Below the pieces are notes generated by a model. The model saw only the letters and a program-made list of their open reading frames with translations, was not told the DNA's origin and did not search any database. A program made the translations under genes and the position numbers. DNA of 63,861 nucleotides, counting the filler, from Hyphochytrium catenoides (Eukaryota > Protista > Hyphochytriomycota), in NCBI GenBank assembly GCA_900088475.1. It is 16 parts of 16 records of this genome, joined end to end, with 100 filler letters (N's around TTAATTAATTAA, not from the genome) between each part and the next. Parts side by side here need not be neighbours in the genome. Positions count along the whole stretch, not along the records: positions 43,316 to 56,328 come from FLMG01003271.1; positions 56,429 to 61,133 come from FLMG01001093.1; positions 61,234 to 62,246 come from FLMG01003982.1; positions 62,347 to 63,861 come from FLMG01000897.1; 12 more parts are not named here. One strand, given 5' to 3'. This document shows positions 50,146-62,668 of this stretch, piece after piece (the first letter of the stretch is position 1; each line of letters begins with the position of its first letter).

Positions 50146-51558
50146 GAGATAGCGGCTTTGTTATAAAAATGCTGCAGACCAGAGCCGAAGACTTCAAAAT
50201 TGTCTGTTAGGGATGGAAGGCAACCCCAAGTACTCGTTTGGGGAATAGAAGAATGATGTCTGACGGGAGCTAGCTCGAGGCGACTCTACGAACGGCGTTG
50301 GTCAACGGCACCTCCCGAGAGAACGAAAAGAGGAGTTGAGCAGCAGATTGAGTGACAAGGTGGAGGAGAGGTTGAAGATAATAGTGTAAGAGTGAGAGTG
50401 CTCTCAGCTATCAAGGAGGAAGAAGACACCAACAGGACAGGGAGGACAGAGCTGCAGCTCGAACTGACGCAGATAAAGGTCCCACTGATGGCCTTCCTGG
50501 CAGGCATCTGCGCTGCTCCCAACAGGAGAGAGCTCGGGCTGACAAAGGAGAAGGTGCTGATGAGCAGCGGCGCCTGAGGAGGAGGAGCAGGAGGAGGAGG
50601 AGGAGGGAGGAGCAGGAGGAGGAGGAGGAGGAGGAGGAAGGAGGTGGTAGTGCACTCAATCATCGTCCTGGAGCGGGCCATCACCGTTGATGGCAAGGCA
50701 TCCTAGAAGATGTCACAACTTAACTGTAAACCCTATTTCGTCGCTATATCTCTCATTGTGAGAGTCTTTACAGGCTGGTTGGGAATGTTTGGTCAATTTT
50801 ACAAGGATTAATATTGGACACAGTCACTAGACCGAGAATAAATCTTTGTCGTATGAGTATTGTTTGTACAATGATCGAGTTCTTGCCATCGTAGTGTCGA
50901 AATACGGATTACATTGTAACGGTTTGGGTCGTTATTGTGTTGTGGTGAGGTCGTTGTGATGTTGGACCAGAAATCCCGGGTCACTGTCTCGAGCCAACCT
51001 GTATTGAACAGTATTGTAACCTTACAACACCAAGTGGTATACCCGAGTAAAGGCTTTAACCCGAGCCCTCTTGATTGGGTTGGCCACCATTAGGAATAAC
51101 AGCTCTGGAATGACTCACATTCCTAATGTTACTGGCCAAGAGGAAAGTCAACATCATCTCTTCGTCTCAACTCTTCCCTTTTCAGGTCTTCTCCTCCTCC
51201 TTCGGCCGCTGCCAACATCATTTCTTGCCTCATCACTCATCCGGGCAGCGGGACAGGCGTTGCTCCTCTTTCCCACCGCTCCTCCCTCTCTTCTTGGCAT
51301 CTCCTAGAGCTGGCATCTCCTAGAGCTCCTGCCGTAGCATGTATGTCGGTCTCCTTGTTGGTACGAATCATTGATCTATTGTTGGCTGGGTTCGGTTCAG
51401 ATCTCTTACCTCTAGCGGCTACTGTTTGGTTGCTGTCAAGGCGACTGATGAAGAAGGTAGGGTCATCGGTGCCATAGCCTCCTTCGGATACCGCTCATCA
51501 AGGATTAGCGCCAGCTGTTTATAAGAGAGCAGAGAAGCGTTAGTACTCAGAAGCAGGT

Positions 51559-53454
51559 ATGGAAGCTTCTGCTGAAGCAGTTCTGTCCGTTCAAGATGAC
51601 TTTCAACAGTTACCGGCCACCGCAGGGTTTTCTCTCCATAAGGATCCATGGAACCTGTTCAATGTTCCGAAGACAGTGATGGAACTCAAAGTGCTGAACG
51701 TGCTGGGCGCCATCTACCGCAAGGCCCAATGGATGGACAAAATTGAGCGCCCAGAACTTGTCGAGAAGTGGAAGACAGAGGCAGCGGCCCAAAGTGTACC
51801 GTCAGAAGCCATAGCTTATGCTATTGACGAGGCAAAGTACGTCTCTGCCCGCCTGAAGGCCCTATACGGTTCCATTCGTAGCGCTCCTTCTGGGGAGATC
51901 CTGTTTGCTCCTGCTGGGGCGGAATCCGCCTATGCCTCATATGGAGACAGCTTTCTCCAGTTCTGCAAGGAGCACGAATGGCCCGATAGCAGTAGACTGG
52001 CCGAGGAAGGACGTGCACAGAGCTCAAGAGGAGAGGGCCTAACATTGGATCAGGTCTTCCGAAGGGCAGTAGAGGAATTGCAGGAGCATCCTGAAGGTGG
52101 GAAACCAGACTGGCATCCCAACAGTGACGAGCAAGTGCTCGACCTTGTGCATCCTTCTCTCTATTGCTATGTGAATGGCGTCACACCTAATATTAAGCGC
52201 GATGAGGGGCAGAGCGCCTCTAAGAGAGAGACTCTCAGGTGCTTGGACACATGGAGATCTTTGCTGTTAGAGCCCAGTACTGAGGTACAGAAGAAAGACC
52301 CACCCAGTAGGTCGTCGGAGCACCGGTATTTTTATGATGACGACAGGTTATTCAGCAACTTTCAGTGGCTGCCGGCCGATGTGGACATCAGCTCTACGGG
52401 CAAAGTGCGTTTCACCTCATACATTAACAACCTTCATCCAGAGAGGCACCGAAAGATGTACTCCTGCCTTGAGCAAATCTTTGCTGCTGCCCTACCAGGC
52501 TTTGAACGAGTGCTAGGCGGCAGTGCCTCCCCTGTAGACCGGGGAATCCATCCAGCTCCGGATGGCTGGTGGGGCGATGATGACTTTAGCTGGAGCAATC
52601 ACGAGGAAGATGAGGACCAGGGTAACGCGGCGTATGAGGAATGGCTGGAGAACCGTCCGTTCGTCCCACCTATAGTCCCTGACTTTGGCAGTACGCTATC
52701 GTCTCCTTCGTCTTCAACGGCCAACGTGGGCTACTCTACCTCCAACTGCCTTCCAAAGCGAATTTCCCTCAAGGATCGCCAACTCAAGGTCATCGTGAAG
52801 CTAGCCAACATTATCCTGACCCCAGAGAAGCCTTCCTATCCTGGAGGAACTTGGCACTTGGAAGGCACCAAGAATGAGAGGATCATCGCTACTGGGATCT
52901 ACTATTATGATATTAAGAACATTACGGAGTCAAAGCTCAGCTTCCGCCAGGCGGTTAGCTCTATGAACATTGACTACGAGCAGGATGATAGGCGAGGAGT
53001 GGAGCTCATGTATGGACTAGTGGATGATGAACCAGAGAACCAGCCCTTGGGTCATATCGTAGCAGAAGAAGGCAAATTCGTAGTGTTCCCCAACACCCTG
53101 CAGCATAAGGTGGAACCTTTCGAGCTGATGGACAAGACAAGAAAGGGCCATCGGAAGATCCTCGTCTTCTTTTTGGTGGACTTCACGAGTGAAGAAGTTG
53201 GGGTGAAATCTACCTCCACGGTGCCTCCTCAGCAAAGTGAGTGGGTCCTAAGAGAGATCTTCAGATCAACGCCAGCGCTAAGAAGGCTCCCTGAAGGCAT
53301 AGATAGGAAGATTTGGCAGTTTGCGGACGACTATCGGATGTCGCGAAAGGACGCGGAGCAGTATCGGTTGGACTTGATGAAGGAGCGGATGGTGACGCAG
53401 GAGGCGGTCAACTCAGTGGTATTCGAGGTGCCATGCAGCCTTTGTGAACACTGA
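51559..53454 (+). CDS. DUF4246-family protein (putative 2OG-Fe(II) oxygenase-like fold)
   Basis: DWHP.S.EQVLDLVHPSLY, FQWLP, SYINNLHP, VIVKLANIILTPEKP.Y.GG.WHLEG, FPNTLQHKVEPFEL.D...GHRKIL.FFLVD and C-terminal LCEH. Intronless. Confidence 0.9.
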   Translation: MEASAEAVLSVQDDFQQLPATAGFSLHKDPWNLFNVPKTVMELKVLNVLGAIYRKAQWMDKIERPELVEKWKTEAAAQSVPSEAIAYAIDEAKYVSARLKALYGSIRSAPSGEILFAPAGAESAYASYGDSFLQFCKEHEWPDSSRLAEEGRAQSSRGEGLTLDQVFRRAVEELQEHPEGGKPDWHPNSDEQVLDLVHPSLYCYVNGVTPNIKRDEGQSASKRETLRCLDTWRSLLLEPSTEVQKKDPPSRSSEHRYFYDDDRLFSNFQWLPADVDISSTGKVRFTSYINNLHPERHRKMYSCLEQIFAAALPGFERVLGGSASPVDRGIHPAPDGWWGDDDFSWSNHEEDEDQGNAAYEEWLENRPFVPPIVPDFGSTLSSPSSSTANVGYSTSNCLPKRISLKDRQLKVIVKLANIILTPEKPSYPGGTWHLEGTKNERIIATGIYYYDIKNITESKLSFRQAVSSMNIDYEQDDRRGVELMYGLVDDEPENQPLGHIVAEEGKFVVFPNTLQHKVEPFELMDKTRKGHRKILVFFLVDFTSEEVGVKSTSTVPPQQSEWVLREIFRSTPALRRLPEGIDRKIWQFADDYRMSRKDAEQYRLDLMKERMVTQEAVNSVVFEVPCSLCEH

Positions 53455-56400
53455 CAAGGACCGTGGGATCCATTTATTGACTGTATGAAGGAAAAGCAGG
53501 ATCACACAGAAGGAGATTAGGAGCGAATATCTCCCTGACGGGGCTTTCCAGTGCCCAGTAGAAAGAGTCTCTAGGTCTGTGAAAGGCACAGACTATGGAG
53601 CTAATATTAGCACCCTCACTAGGCAGAGCTACTGCTGACTAAAGTAACCGCTAGCTGCTTGTCTGTCACTCAGGCCCTTCTCTCTCTCTCTCCGCTTCCA
53701 AGCCTCCTCTCCCTCTTTTTCAGATTGTAGCTCTCATCATCCAATGCCTCATGAGCTACCAGTCAATGCAATGATGCAGATCCTTCTTACTTGCTATATT
53801 TGCGAGATGGGGATCCCAACTGGCTAATCTTCGGCAGGACTTACATGAGGATGCCCGTCTCACCTTCAAGGCAAGAGAACCTTAATGTTTACTGACATTT
53901 TATCTAGGACGCCAAGAAGGAGAGCAGTTCGACGCAGTCGAAAGACTGTTGTCACCACTGAAAATGGAAGCGTCCCTACTATGAACGACGCTGTAGCAAG
54001 TCAGCCTTCGCCTAGTCTTCTCAAGATATGAGCTCCATGACACTGCGAGCTAAGAACCCTAAGGATGCTGCAGGAGTGATAGCCATAGCCAAAGCTAATA
54101 ACGACCTCTATGGCCGGGCTGGTAGACGCCGCGGTAGACGCAATAAATGGCGGAGATGACGATGAAGTAGTAGTAATTCTTCCTCGTGTGTGTTATTGGT
54201 AAGCAGAGAAAATAGAAGATGCCATCGATGGAGGTGGCAGGAGCCCACATTATAATAGAGAAAAGCAGCAGAAAGCAGCGGCGGTGGAACTTGGCTTCCT
54301 TCGCAGCTCGACTGCAGCGCCCTTCTCGTTGCCCTCTCGATGCCAGTTTGAAGGAGACGATACCAGAGATTAGAACTCTTTGTCTTGGGTGCTGATCGTG
54401 CGACAGACCCAGCAGCCTGGGCAGCAGCAGCGGCGCTTTCTTTCTGTTCTTCTTCCACACAGACTCAAGGCTCCATCACCGCCGCTGCATCTTCACAAGC
54501 TTTGGAGACATGATGCTGGAGACGAAGCCGCGCAGCTACTTTTAGGCTTTCCTCCCACTCTAACTTGGGTTATAGTTTTTAATTTCGGAATACCCCAAGC
54601 TCTAGTATTGTTTTACAATGGGCAGTTTTTACTGTGGAGGTACCGTAAGTAAGGTTTTGTCGGTGTTATTGAATACGGGTTTCTTCTAAAGATTTGTTTT
54701 CGATAAAGCCAGAAAGAAGANNNNNNNNNNNNNNNNNNNNNNNNNNNNNNNNNNNNNNNNNNNNNNNNNNNNNNNNNNNNNNNNNNNNNNNNNNNNNNNN
54801 NNNNNNNNNNNNNNNNNNNNNNNNNNNNNNNNNNTATTTCTCACTTACAGTACTCGTAGTCTTATCCAGGCCATCTCACAGCTCACACTGCTATCAAAAA
54901 GTCTGTGTCTCTGTCATGATGAAGAGCTTTTTCTTTTTCACAATGCCTCCATTTGCATCTGGTCTTTCCTGAAAAGCTCTGGTCCGCTATCTTTTGGCGT
55001 GCCCCAAGCCCCAACATCTCCTTGACATCTGAGCATCTGAGCTTGGTACTTCTATACAGTCAACAGAATAAACGCTGCATGTCTAGTCATCATTCCTCCG
55101 TCTCTCAAAGCATTCTGACTCTCCCATCAGCGTCAGAAGTCCTAATGTTCTTGTAACTCATCAGATCTCTGTCTCAATGTTCAGACCCCTGCTCCTTGCA
55201 GTCAGTAGAAAATCTTATCTTCCTTTGGCCCTTGTTGAGTCTTACAGAGCCTTGACTGGCTCTCTTCCTCTTTCTATCATCAACATCATTCTCCGTAACT
55301 CTTTCCTATATCTCTTCGCTCTGGCGCCCATGTTGACGAGAGGCATCAGCTACCTTGACATGATATTAGAGCGCTCTGTCTTGTGATTCCCCACTCTGAC
55401 TCGATCCAAGAATCTCTGGTTCTTTTCTTTCAGCTCGAAATGAGGCTCTTTCTTTGATCTTCTGCTGTGGCCACCAGCACCCACTCCGTCAGGATTCAAA
55501 CCTGGCCACAAATTCTAAGGTGAGCAACGTCAAACCCATGGCCGTAAGAGGCCTTTCCCTCCATCTATCGATAATATATCAAGGGCTACTACACCCAAAG
55601 AGGTTATCCCCGTCATTGTAAAGGGGGAGCGCTCCTCCAAGAAGATCTCAGGGTGGGTGGGGCTGAAGTCTTTGTCTCTGGAACGTTCCNNNNNNNNNNN
55701 NNAAGTCTTTATAAAGGTAATACTCTCGTATTCTTTTTGTACCCTTAAGTCCAGCAGGCAACAGCCAATCGACAGGCTTTCTAACCCCGTAAAAATAGTA
55801 GTTTCTATCTCTTGGAGACCTCTCTACCATCTAGCCCCTTTGATAATAGCGAAATGGAAGTAATAATATCTGGGAAATGGACCAGTCAGCGTGTGGCACG
55901 ATCGCAGTGTAATAGTAGAGGCAATCATTTCAAACATTTCTGGTGCTGTCTTAGTAGAGATGCGCAGTAATAATACTGCGGGGGACAGCGACCTCCTTAG
56001 AGTTTGCCACATTGGCGGCTCTCCGGCTGCGGCACAAAATCAAAAAGCACCCCCAAAAGAAGGAAATCCCTTCGAGATTAATGTTTGAATTGCGGATTAT
56101 AGGTCCATACAGGCTATTCGCTTGCTAGTCAAAGCTCGGCCAGTACGGATATAGAGTGAGGATACGAATATAGCTAGAGTCAGGTTGTTGATCCTTGTGC
56201 GTTATTGCGTAGTACTAGTTTCGGGAGGAGGGCTGATTCTATGGTGACCGTGGACCATGATCTTTGTGGCGCCACTATCTGGAGATTTTCTTCCCACAGG
56301 AGAGAGAGAGAAAGAGAGAGAGAGAGAGNNNNNNNNNNNNNNNNNNNNNNNNNNNNNNNNNNNNNNNNNNNNTTAATTAATTAANNNNNNNNNNNNNNNN

Positions 56401-57741
56401 NNNNNNNNNNNNNNNNNNNNNNNNNNNNGCCTGTCGGGGTAACGTACTTCACACTATAGCTTAGTCCGACAGAACAAGGATAAGAACAGTGCAAGTGTAT
56501 GGACTAATCTGTAGACGAAAGAAAAGTCTAGAGACCAACAGCAGGTGCCATGGAATTGGTACCGGTTAGCATGCAATGAAGAAGCGCAGTAAGGAGCACA
56601 GATATGTATGGTGGTAGATCAACGAACGACCAGTAATGTATCAACCGATCGCTCCGTAATAGCTGCTCCTTCCATGTCACAAATTGGCCAGCGCTGTCGT
56701 CAGGTCCTCATCATTTAACTAGACTACTAATCGATCCATACAAGTAAGATTCTCCGTCAGTAGCTCTTGTTTGGGGCAGAGCCATCACATCATGTGAACG
56801 ACTTTTACGTTTTAAAGGCGGCTGAGTAGTTAAGGGAGATTGAAAATAATCAGAGCAGATAGACATCATTGAGGGAGTAAGGGGAGGGAAAAAAGAATTG
56901 AGGACCAGAGCCAGTTCCGGCAGAAGAAGGAGCGCACACGAGACTTGCTGTAAGCTGATACCAGGAAGGCGGAAAGGAGTGTGTTCTGTTGAAGACGTTG
57001 TCGGCCCAAGGGATGGCAGATCGAGACCTTACCAAGAGAAAATTCGTCAGAAAGAATCTCTTCTCTATGAACAAAGACAAAGTCGGGAGAGTGTTTAGCT
57101 TTCTCCTGAACAAGAGAAGATATCGTCTTCTCCGTGTGCTCTGGAGGATGAGGCACTTCTTGCTTTTCCAACAGCAGCCTCGTCGAAGAGACATATGGCT
57201 CACCATCCTTCGCTTTCTTGTAAGCCTTTCCTACATCCGACTGCCCCCTTGAGCTTCGCTTTCTCTTCTTGCGTTATATTGCTTAGCCTTGATTGCTGTC
57301 CTAGCTGGCCGTACTCTTACGATCTATTCAGCCCTCCTTCCCTTCCACGCTGCTGCTTTGCGGATCATAAAAGGTAGAATATCCGTAGGATGTTAAGGTT
57401 TCCTGGGCTGTGGAGGATGGACCTGGCCTCACTCTCTAAGTTACCTGAGGCCAGGCACATCCCCCCCCTTACGGGGCAGCGCATGTACTTGCGCTCAGGG
57501 CAGTCAGTTAGCAGGCCCCGGCTGCCTGCTGGTGCCTCAAAGCATTTCTTTGCATTCTTTGCACTTTGACTTTGTCTCTTTGAAGCTAATCGAAGGATTG
57601 GACAATAATAAATCACACGTCTCATTTTCTTGTTCCACTTCATTGATGTTGAACCGTGACTCCTTATTACTTAGAGGGTCAGCTGACCTGTTTGTATCGA
57701 GGTGTACTCCGTTAGCCCATGAGTGACGCCAGGCGTAGGTC

Positions 57742-58410
57742 TCTGGCCAAACCATCTGTGTGGTCTTTGGCCAAACCACCTGTGGTCAGCCAAACCGTCT
57801 GTGGCTGTTAGCCCTTCAATCCATCTGTGGCTGTTAGTTAGCCCTCAATCAATCTGTGGTTGTTAGCCCTTCAATCCATCCGTGGCTGTTAGTTAGCCAT
57901 CAATCTATCTGTGGCTTTTAGCCCTCCATCCATCTGCGGCTGCTGTTAGCCCTCAATCCATCTGTGGCTGTTAGTTAGCCCTCAATCTATCTGTGGCTTT
58001 AGCCCTCCATCCATCTGCGGCTGTTAGCCCTCTATCCATGTGGGACTGTCAATCCATCTGGGACTGTCAATAATCCATCTGCGACTGTTAGTTAGCCCGC
58101 CCTCAATCTATCTGTGGCTTTAGCCCTCCATCCATCTGCGGCTGTTAGCCTGTGCCTTCGGCCAAAACATCTTTGTGCCTTAACCGTGGCAAACCATCTG
58201 TGTCTATGAGCTGTGTGACTCCTGTTGTTAGCCTTCAGTCCATTTGCGTCTGTTACCCTTAATCTCTATGGCTCTTAGCCCTCAATTCATCTGTGGCCGT
58301 TAGCCCTCGATCCACGCTAAGGTGTACGCCTTTAGTCCTCAGTTGTTGCCAAGATGTTAGCCCTTCAATCTATCTGTGCCTTCAACAACCGCCAGTGGCC
58401 AAACCATCGG
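57742..58410. repeat. Degenerate ~25-29-bp minisatellite (ATCCATCTGTGGCTGTTAGCCCTCA), ~20 units
   Basis: Repeated core with an internal GGCT..AGCC palindrome and partial higher-order periodicity. Confidence 0.9.
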
Positions 58411-59399
58411 TGCCTGGGCGCGTCAGAATATGAGGAGGAAGTCCTATCATGTTATCTGGGCTAATAAGGGGAGAAGAAGTTCCATCAACCTATGCTTTGG
58501 CCACCTAATAACGCTTAGCCTACCCATCTCTATCTTCGGAGGCTATGCTCTGGTCAGCTAACATTCAGCCTACCCATCTCTATCTCGGAGGCTGGGGGAA
58601 GGCTGTCTCTCTCCGCGGCGGTAGGGAAGGCTAGCAAAGGCGGTACCGTCGCTATCTCGCATCCTTTCCGGCGCCGCCAATTCGCCGGCATCATTCCTGC
58701 GCCGATCCTGCGGCCAACGAGCAGTCACTCCGGTTGTCACTCAAATTGGTTTCTCGGCCTCGCTTGTCGTTTCAATTGCTCCTCGCTTTACCCGTTCTTT
58801 CGATTGCTCCTCGCTTTACCGGGTTCCACCTGTTCGCATCCAATGGCACCTACTCGGAATACCAAGCAATGTCTGCTTCTTCGACCCGGAGATCTTGATG
58901 GTCTCCCGGACGGATACTGTTATGTGACGCTCACCTCAATCCCGGAGGATGGGCAGGAGTCCGTGGCCGGTTTGGGCAATGGCCCTGACGGCAACTGCTT
59001 GGAGCTTGTTGCGAGCCCGAAGGGCGAAGCTACTAGTGAGTGTGCCTGAAAAAGAAGTGAAAGGCGAACCCAATTTTCTGTGCCTGTCTGTCTGTCGGTC
59101 ATGCGTAGATGCGTCACGGCCTGTGTAACAATGACAAGGGCTGAAAAGGATTCAATATGGGCGGATACGCGTCGTCACTGTTGAGAAGGATGGGTGTGCA
59201 AAGCCGGACCAGTGATTACCTCCCTCCGTTTTCGCTACTGCTTGTAAGGCCTACACACAACAAGCTTGTACAGCCTGAAAAGTATTTTGTCCTTGTACCT
59301 GTTGTTAGCTCATGTACGTACCGTTGTCGCTTACTAAGCAGGAGCTGCACAGAGCTGGCGATCCTGGTTGTTTTGATTATTGAGAGTTGCTTTTTACTG

Positions 59400-61090
59400 C
59401 TTGCATGCTAGCTGCTGATGATGAGCTGATGAGGCTTCCCACCTTCATCAAGAAGGTGCTGGATGGAGAAGATAAGAGTCTGGAAGAGAAGAAGAAGAAT
59501 AGATCTTCCCTTCACAGCATCCTGCTGTTTATTATGAGGATGACTGAAGAAGGTCCTACTACCGCAGCAGCAGGAGGAGGAGGAGGAGGAGGAGGAGGAG
59601 GAGAAGAAGTACCACCGCTGCTAGAAACTTCACCTTTCCCCAGGACGGGTGGAAGGAGGAGGCTGCTGCCTATAGACACCCCGGCATATGAAGAGACTCC
59701 GAACTCCAAGCGTCGTCGAGTAAATAGACGTCGAGCACGGAAGTCTCGAGCGAATCGCAGCCCAAGGCGTGCTGCTAACACCCGTCAGCAAGATGCAGCA
59801 GGTCGTCCATGCTTTGCTTTAGTAGTACCTACCTCCTCCTCTATCGATCGTCCGTTGCAGCTTGTTGCCGATCCTGTGCAACGCCCTTTGTTGTTGGCTG
59901 CTTGTTGTTGGTGCAATTACTGTCTTGCTGCCCTAACCATTCTTCCTCCTAGCTACTACTAGCTCCTTTACACACTCCTCTCTCTGTGGTGTTTAATCTC
60001 TCATCTTCTTCTTGCTCCTTTTTTCTGCATGTTATTAGCTAGACTATTTTCTAATAGTCAATACATAGCTAGAGAAGACTCTTACTCAGTCTCATTCTCC
60101 CTTCTTCTTTATCAAGTAGTCAGGATCTGCATGGTGTCCTTACAACTCTACAGAGGCATAATAAATCGTATCTCTTCTATCTACTACTTTGAGACTCACC
60201 ATTACTTGCCCCGTTGATGACTGAGTTGATCTACAATACTACTTTGCTTCTGAGCGCGTATCTTATTTAGCTCACATTTCAAGCTTGCTCCTCTGCCCCT
60301 CGACTACTGTTACTGATGGTCCTCTTCCTTACTATTATAGGCGCCAGTGCTAGGCGTGCAGCAGAAAGCGCTGATCAGACTCAACCAAGCCCGACGAGCT
60401 CAAGATGCAATGGGTATGATTGGTACCAACTTCCTTCGCAGGCAGTCCGTGCTACTTATTAAATATTGTAACGAACCGTCCGCCACCTTCTTCTCTTTTG
60501 TGCATCAAAGCCACCGCCACTCGTCGCCGACCCGAACTGCAGCGACAGAAGAAGCGCAGCGGGCTTCCTCGCTCCTCTTCTGTCCCTTGACTGTTGTTGT
60601 TACTGATGGTCCTCGCTCTTCCTTATTGTAGGCGCTAGTGCTAGGCGTGCAGCCGAAAGCGCTGATCAAACTCAAGCCCGACGAGCTCAAGATGCAATAG
60701 GTATGATTGTTATCAACTTCCTTCCAAGGCAGTCCGTGCTACTTCTTTAAAATGTAACGAAGAGTCCGTCACCTTCTTCCTTCGTGCATCAAAGCCACCG
60801 CCGCTCGCCGAACTGCAGAGACAGAAGAAGCGCAGCGGGCTGCGGTGCAGGCTCGAGACGGGGACGCACCACGAAGAACAGCGATCAATGCTACGGCGAC
60901 TGATCTTCGGAACGTTGCTTTGTCCAAAGATGCATACCTAGAGAGCTTTGATGCAGCCGCCAATGGTCCACTTCACGAACAACCCTGGTGTAGGGAAGCG
61001 ATGCGCAAGTTCCATAAGAATATGGTCAAATACAATCAAGGCCATTGTTCCAATTATCATGAACTATGGCCTACTACTGACATGTGTTGA
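59400..61090 (+). mobile_element. Helitron-like Rep/helicase N-terminal region, intron-split and degenerate
   Basis: STPR-like units (RRAAESADQTQARRAQDA, RRTAETEEAQRAA) followed by GPLHEQPW...MRKFHKNM...CSNYHELWP, recalled as the region preceding DUF6570/Rep in Helitron-type proteins. Core Rep and Pif1 motifs are not in this contig. Confidence 0.55.
60305..60841. repeat. ~290-bp imperfect tandem duplication of an exon-intron cassette
   Basis: GTTACTGATGGTCCTC...GAAGCGCAGCGGGCT is present twice, from ~60307 and ~60597. Confidence 0.85.
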
Positions 61091-61316
61091 GGATCAAACT
61101 TTTCTCTCACGTTCCTTCATCTGACTCTTTGTGNNNNNNNNNNNNNNNNNNNNNNNNNNNNNNNNNNNNNNNNNNNNTTAATTAATTAANNNNNNNNNNN
61201 NNNNNNNNNNNNNNNNNNNNNNNNNNNNNNNNNTACCCCTTACTGCCCAAGCTACTTTCTCTCTCCCGTCTCTCTCTCTCTTTCTTTCTCTCTCTCTATG
61301 TCTTCTTACTTACGTT

Positions 61317-62110
61317 ACTTCCACTGGCATGGTCTCTCCTGCTTCTTCCTTTTCATGCTCGTCGCCGTCTCCTTTGGGCGTGTCAAACATCTCGAACTCG
61401 TTGTCAGGGAGATAGTCCACGCCTGTCACGTCGATCTGCACAGCTCCGTCACCTTCTTCTCCCTCCTCGTCCTCGCCCTCGTCTTCCTCCACGGCGCCGC
61501 CCATCTGTTCCCGTTGTTTCTTTCTTACGAAGCGAGAGAAGAAGTTGGCACTTCTCTTTCCTTTCTTGAGCCCTTGCGCCAGCTTACGGCAGTGGCACTT
61601 CCCGTTCATCATATTCAGGCCGAAGCCCGTCGCTGAGAGGAAGGAGAAGAGGACAATGTAAGAGAAGGAGAGAGAAAGAGAAGAGAAAACTGACCAACAA
61701 GACGACTCTTGGCAGGCAGAGAGATAAAAATGAACAAAGAGGGCCAAAGAGAGAGAGAGAGAGAAACGAGGAGAGAGAGAGCCAGAGAGAGAAGAAGAGG
61801 CTCTCACCATTAGTGGTATGGGTGTTGGTCCCGCTGAGGACGTGAGAGGAGAGAACGCCGCTGCTGGCGCTTCTGCTTCTGGTGGTGGCAACAGCAAAGC
61901 CAGAGTCTGACTCGTTCGCTGTGTCTCCATCATACTCTCTGTCCTCCACCACTTGCTTCACATAGCCATTCACATAGCGATTGATAGAACTGTTCCTGTC
62001 AGAGAATGGAGAGTGAAAAGAGAGAGAGAGAGAGAATGTCAGCAAATTTTGAGCAGACAATGCGCGGCTCCCACCGTCATTCCAATAGCTACGGGTCGCC
62101 GTAGACATGC
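61317..62110 (-). CDS. Exon fragments of a hypothetical acidic protein
   Basis: AG/GT-bounded non-repetitive frames: ...NSSINRYVNGYVKQVVEDREYDGD...TTNG| and TGFGLNMMNGKCHCRKL...ETMPVE|. Confidence 0.35.
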
Positions 62111-62635
62111 TTATGATTCTCTCCCCCTCTCTCTCTCTCCCCCCACATCTCTCTCTCTCTTTCTCCTCCCTTCCCATGTCTTTGTCCACCAACGATCCTC
62201 GCTCTTCTTCCTCCTACCTGGGAGAGCCATCAAGGTCTGCCATTGTNNNNNNNNNNNNNNNNNNNNNNNNNNNNNNNNNNNNNNNNNNNNTTAATTAATT
62301 AANNNNNNNNNNNNNNNNNNNNNNNNNNNNNNNNNNNNNNNNNNNNAGAGAGAGAGAGAGGGGAAGAGAGAGAGTGGGAGAAAGAGAGAGAGAAACGCAG
62401 AGAGATGTCGTCTATCATTCCCCATCAAGAAAAAAGAAGGTAGAACTACAGTTTTAGTAGTTTTGATGAGAGAGAAAGAGAGAACAACAGGCAGAAAAAG
62501 ATAAGAGAGAGAGAGACAGGGAGAGAGAGAGGTGTGGGGGGAAGATAGCCGGCTAGGTCAGAGAACTAGAAAGTGAGTGTAGAGAGAGAGAGAGAGGTGA
62601 GGCGGGTTGGTCAAAAGAACTAGACAGTGAGTGTT

Positions 62636-62668
<33 letters not shown>

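Larger units (their letters stand above)
12757..62302. other. Artificial contig-joining linkers (N-run + TTAATTAATTAA + N-run), 15 copies
   Basis: Identical 12-mer with stops in all six frames, flanked by N runs, at 12757, 14277, 18609, 21255, 23483, 25013, 26512, 31286, 38676, 40335, 42136, 43260, 56373, 61178 and 62291. The coordinates give the span of the set, not one feature. Confidence 0.97.

Noticed and set aside
55520-56130. Possible degenerate tyrosine-recombinase (DIRS/Ngaro) remnant on the - strand (AF*FCAAAGE, STKT, IDRWEG)
   Set aside because: Motifs are scattered over frames and the catalytic R and HxxR cannot be identified. It would need an HMM search.
57742-58410. CRISPR-like array
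   Set aside because: No unique spacers, degenerate head-to-tail units, no cas genes, and a eukaryotic context.
12713-62345. Recurrent TTAATTAATTAA as a biological motif, and gene clustering across it
   Set aside because: It is always embedded in fixed N runs and is an assembly linker, so synteny across it cannot be assumed.
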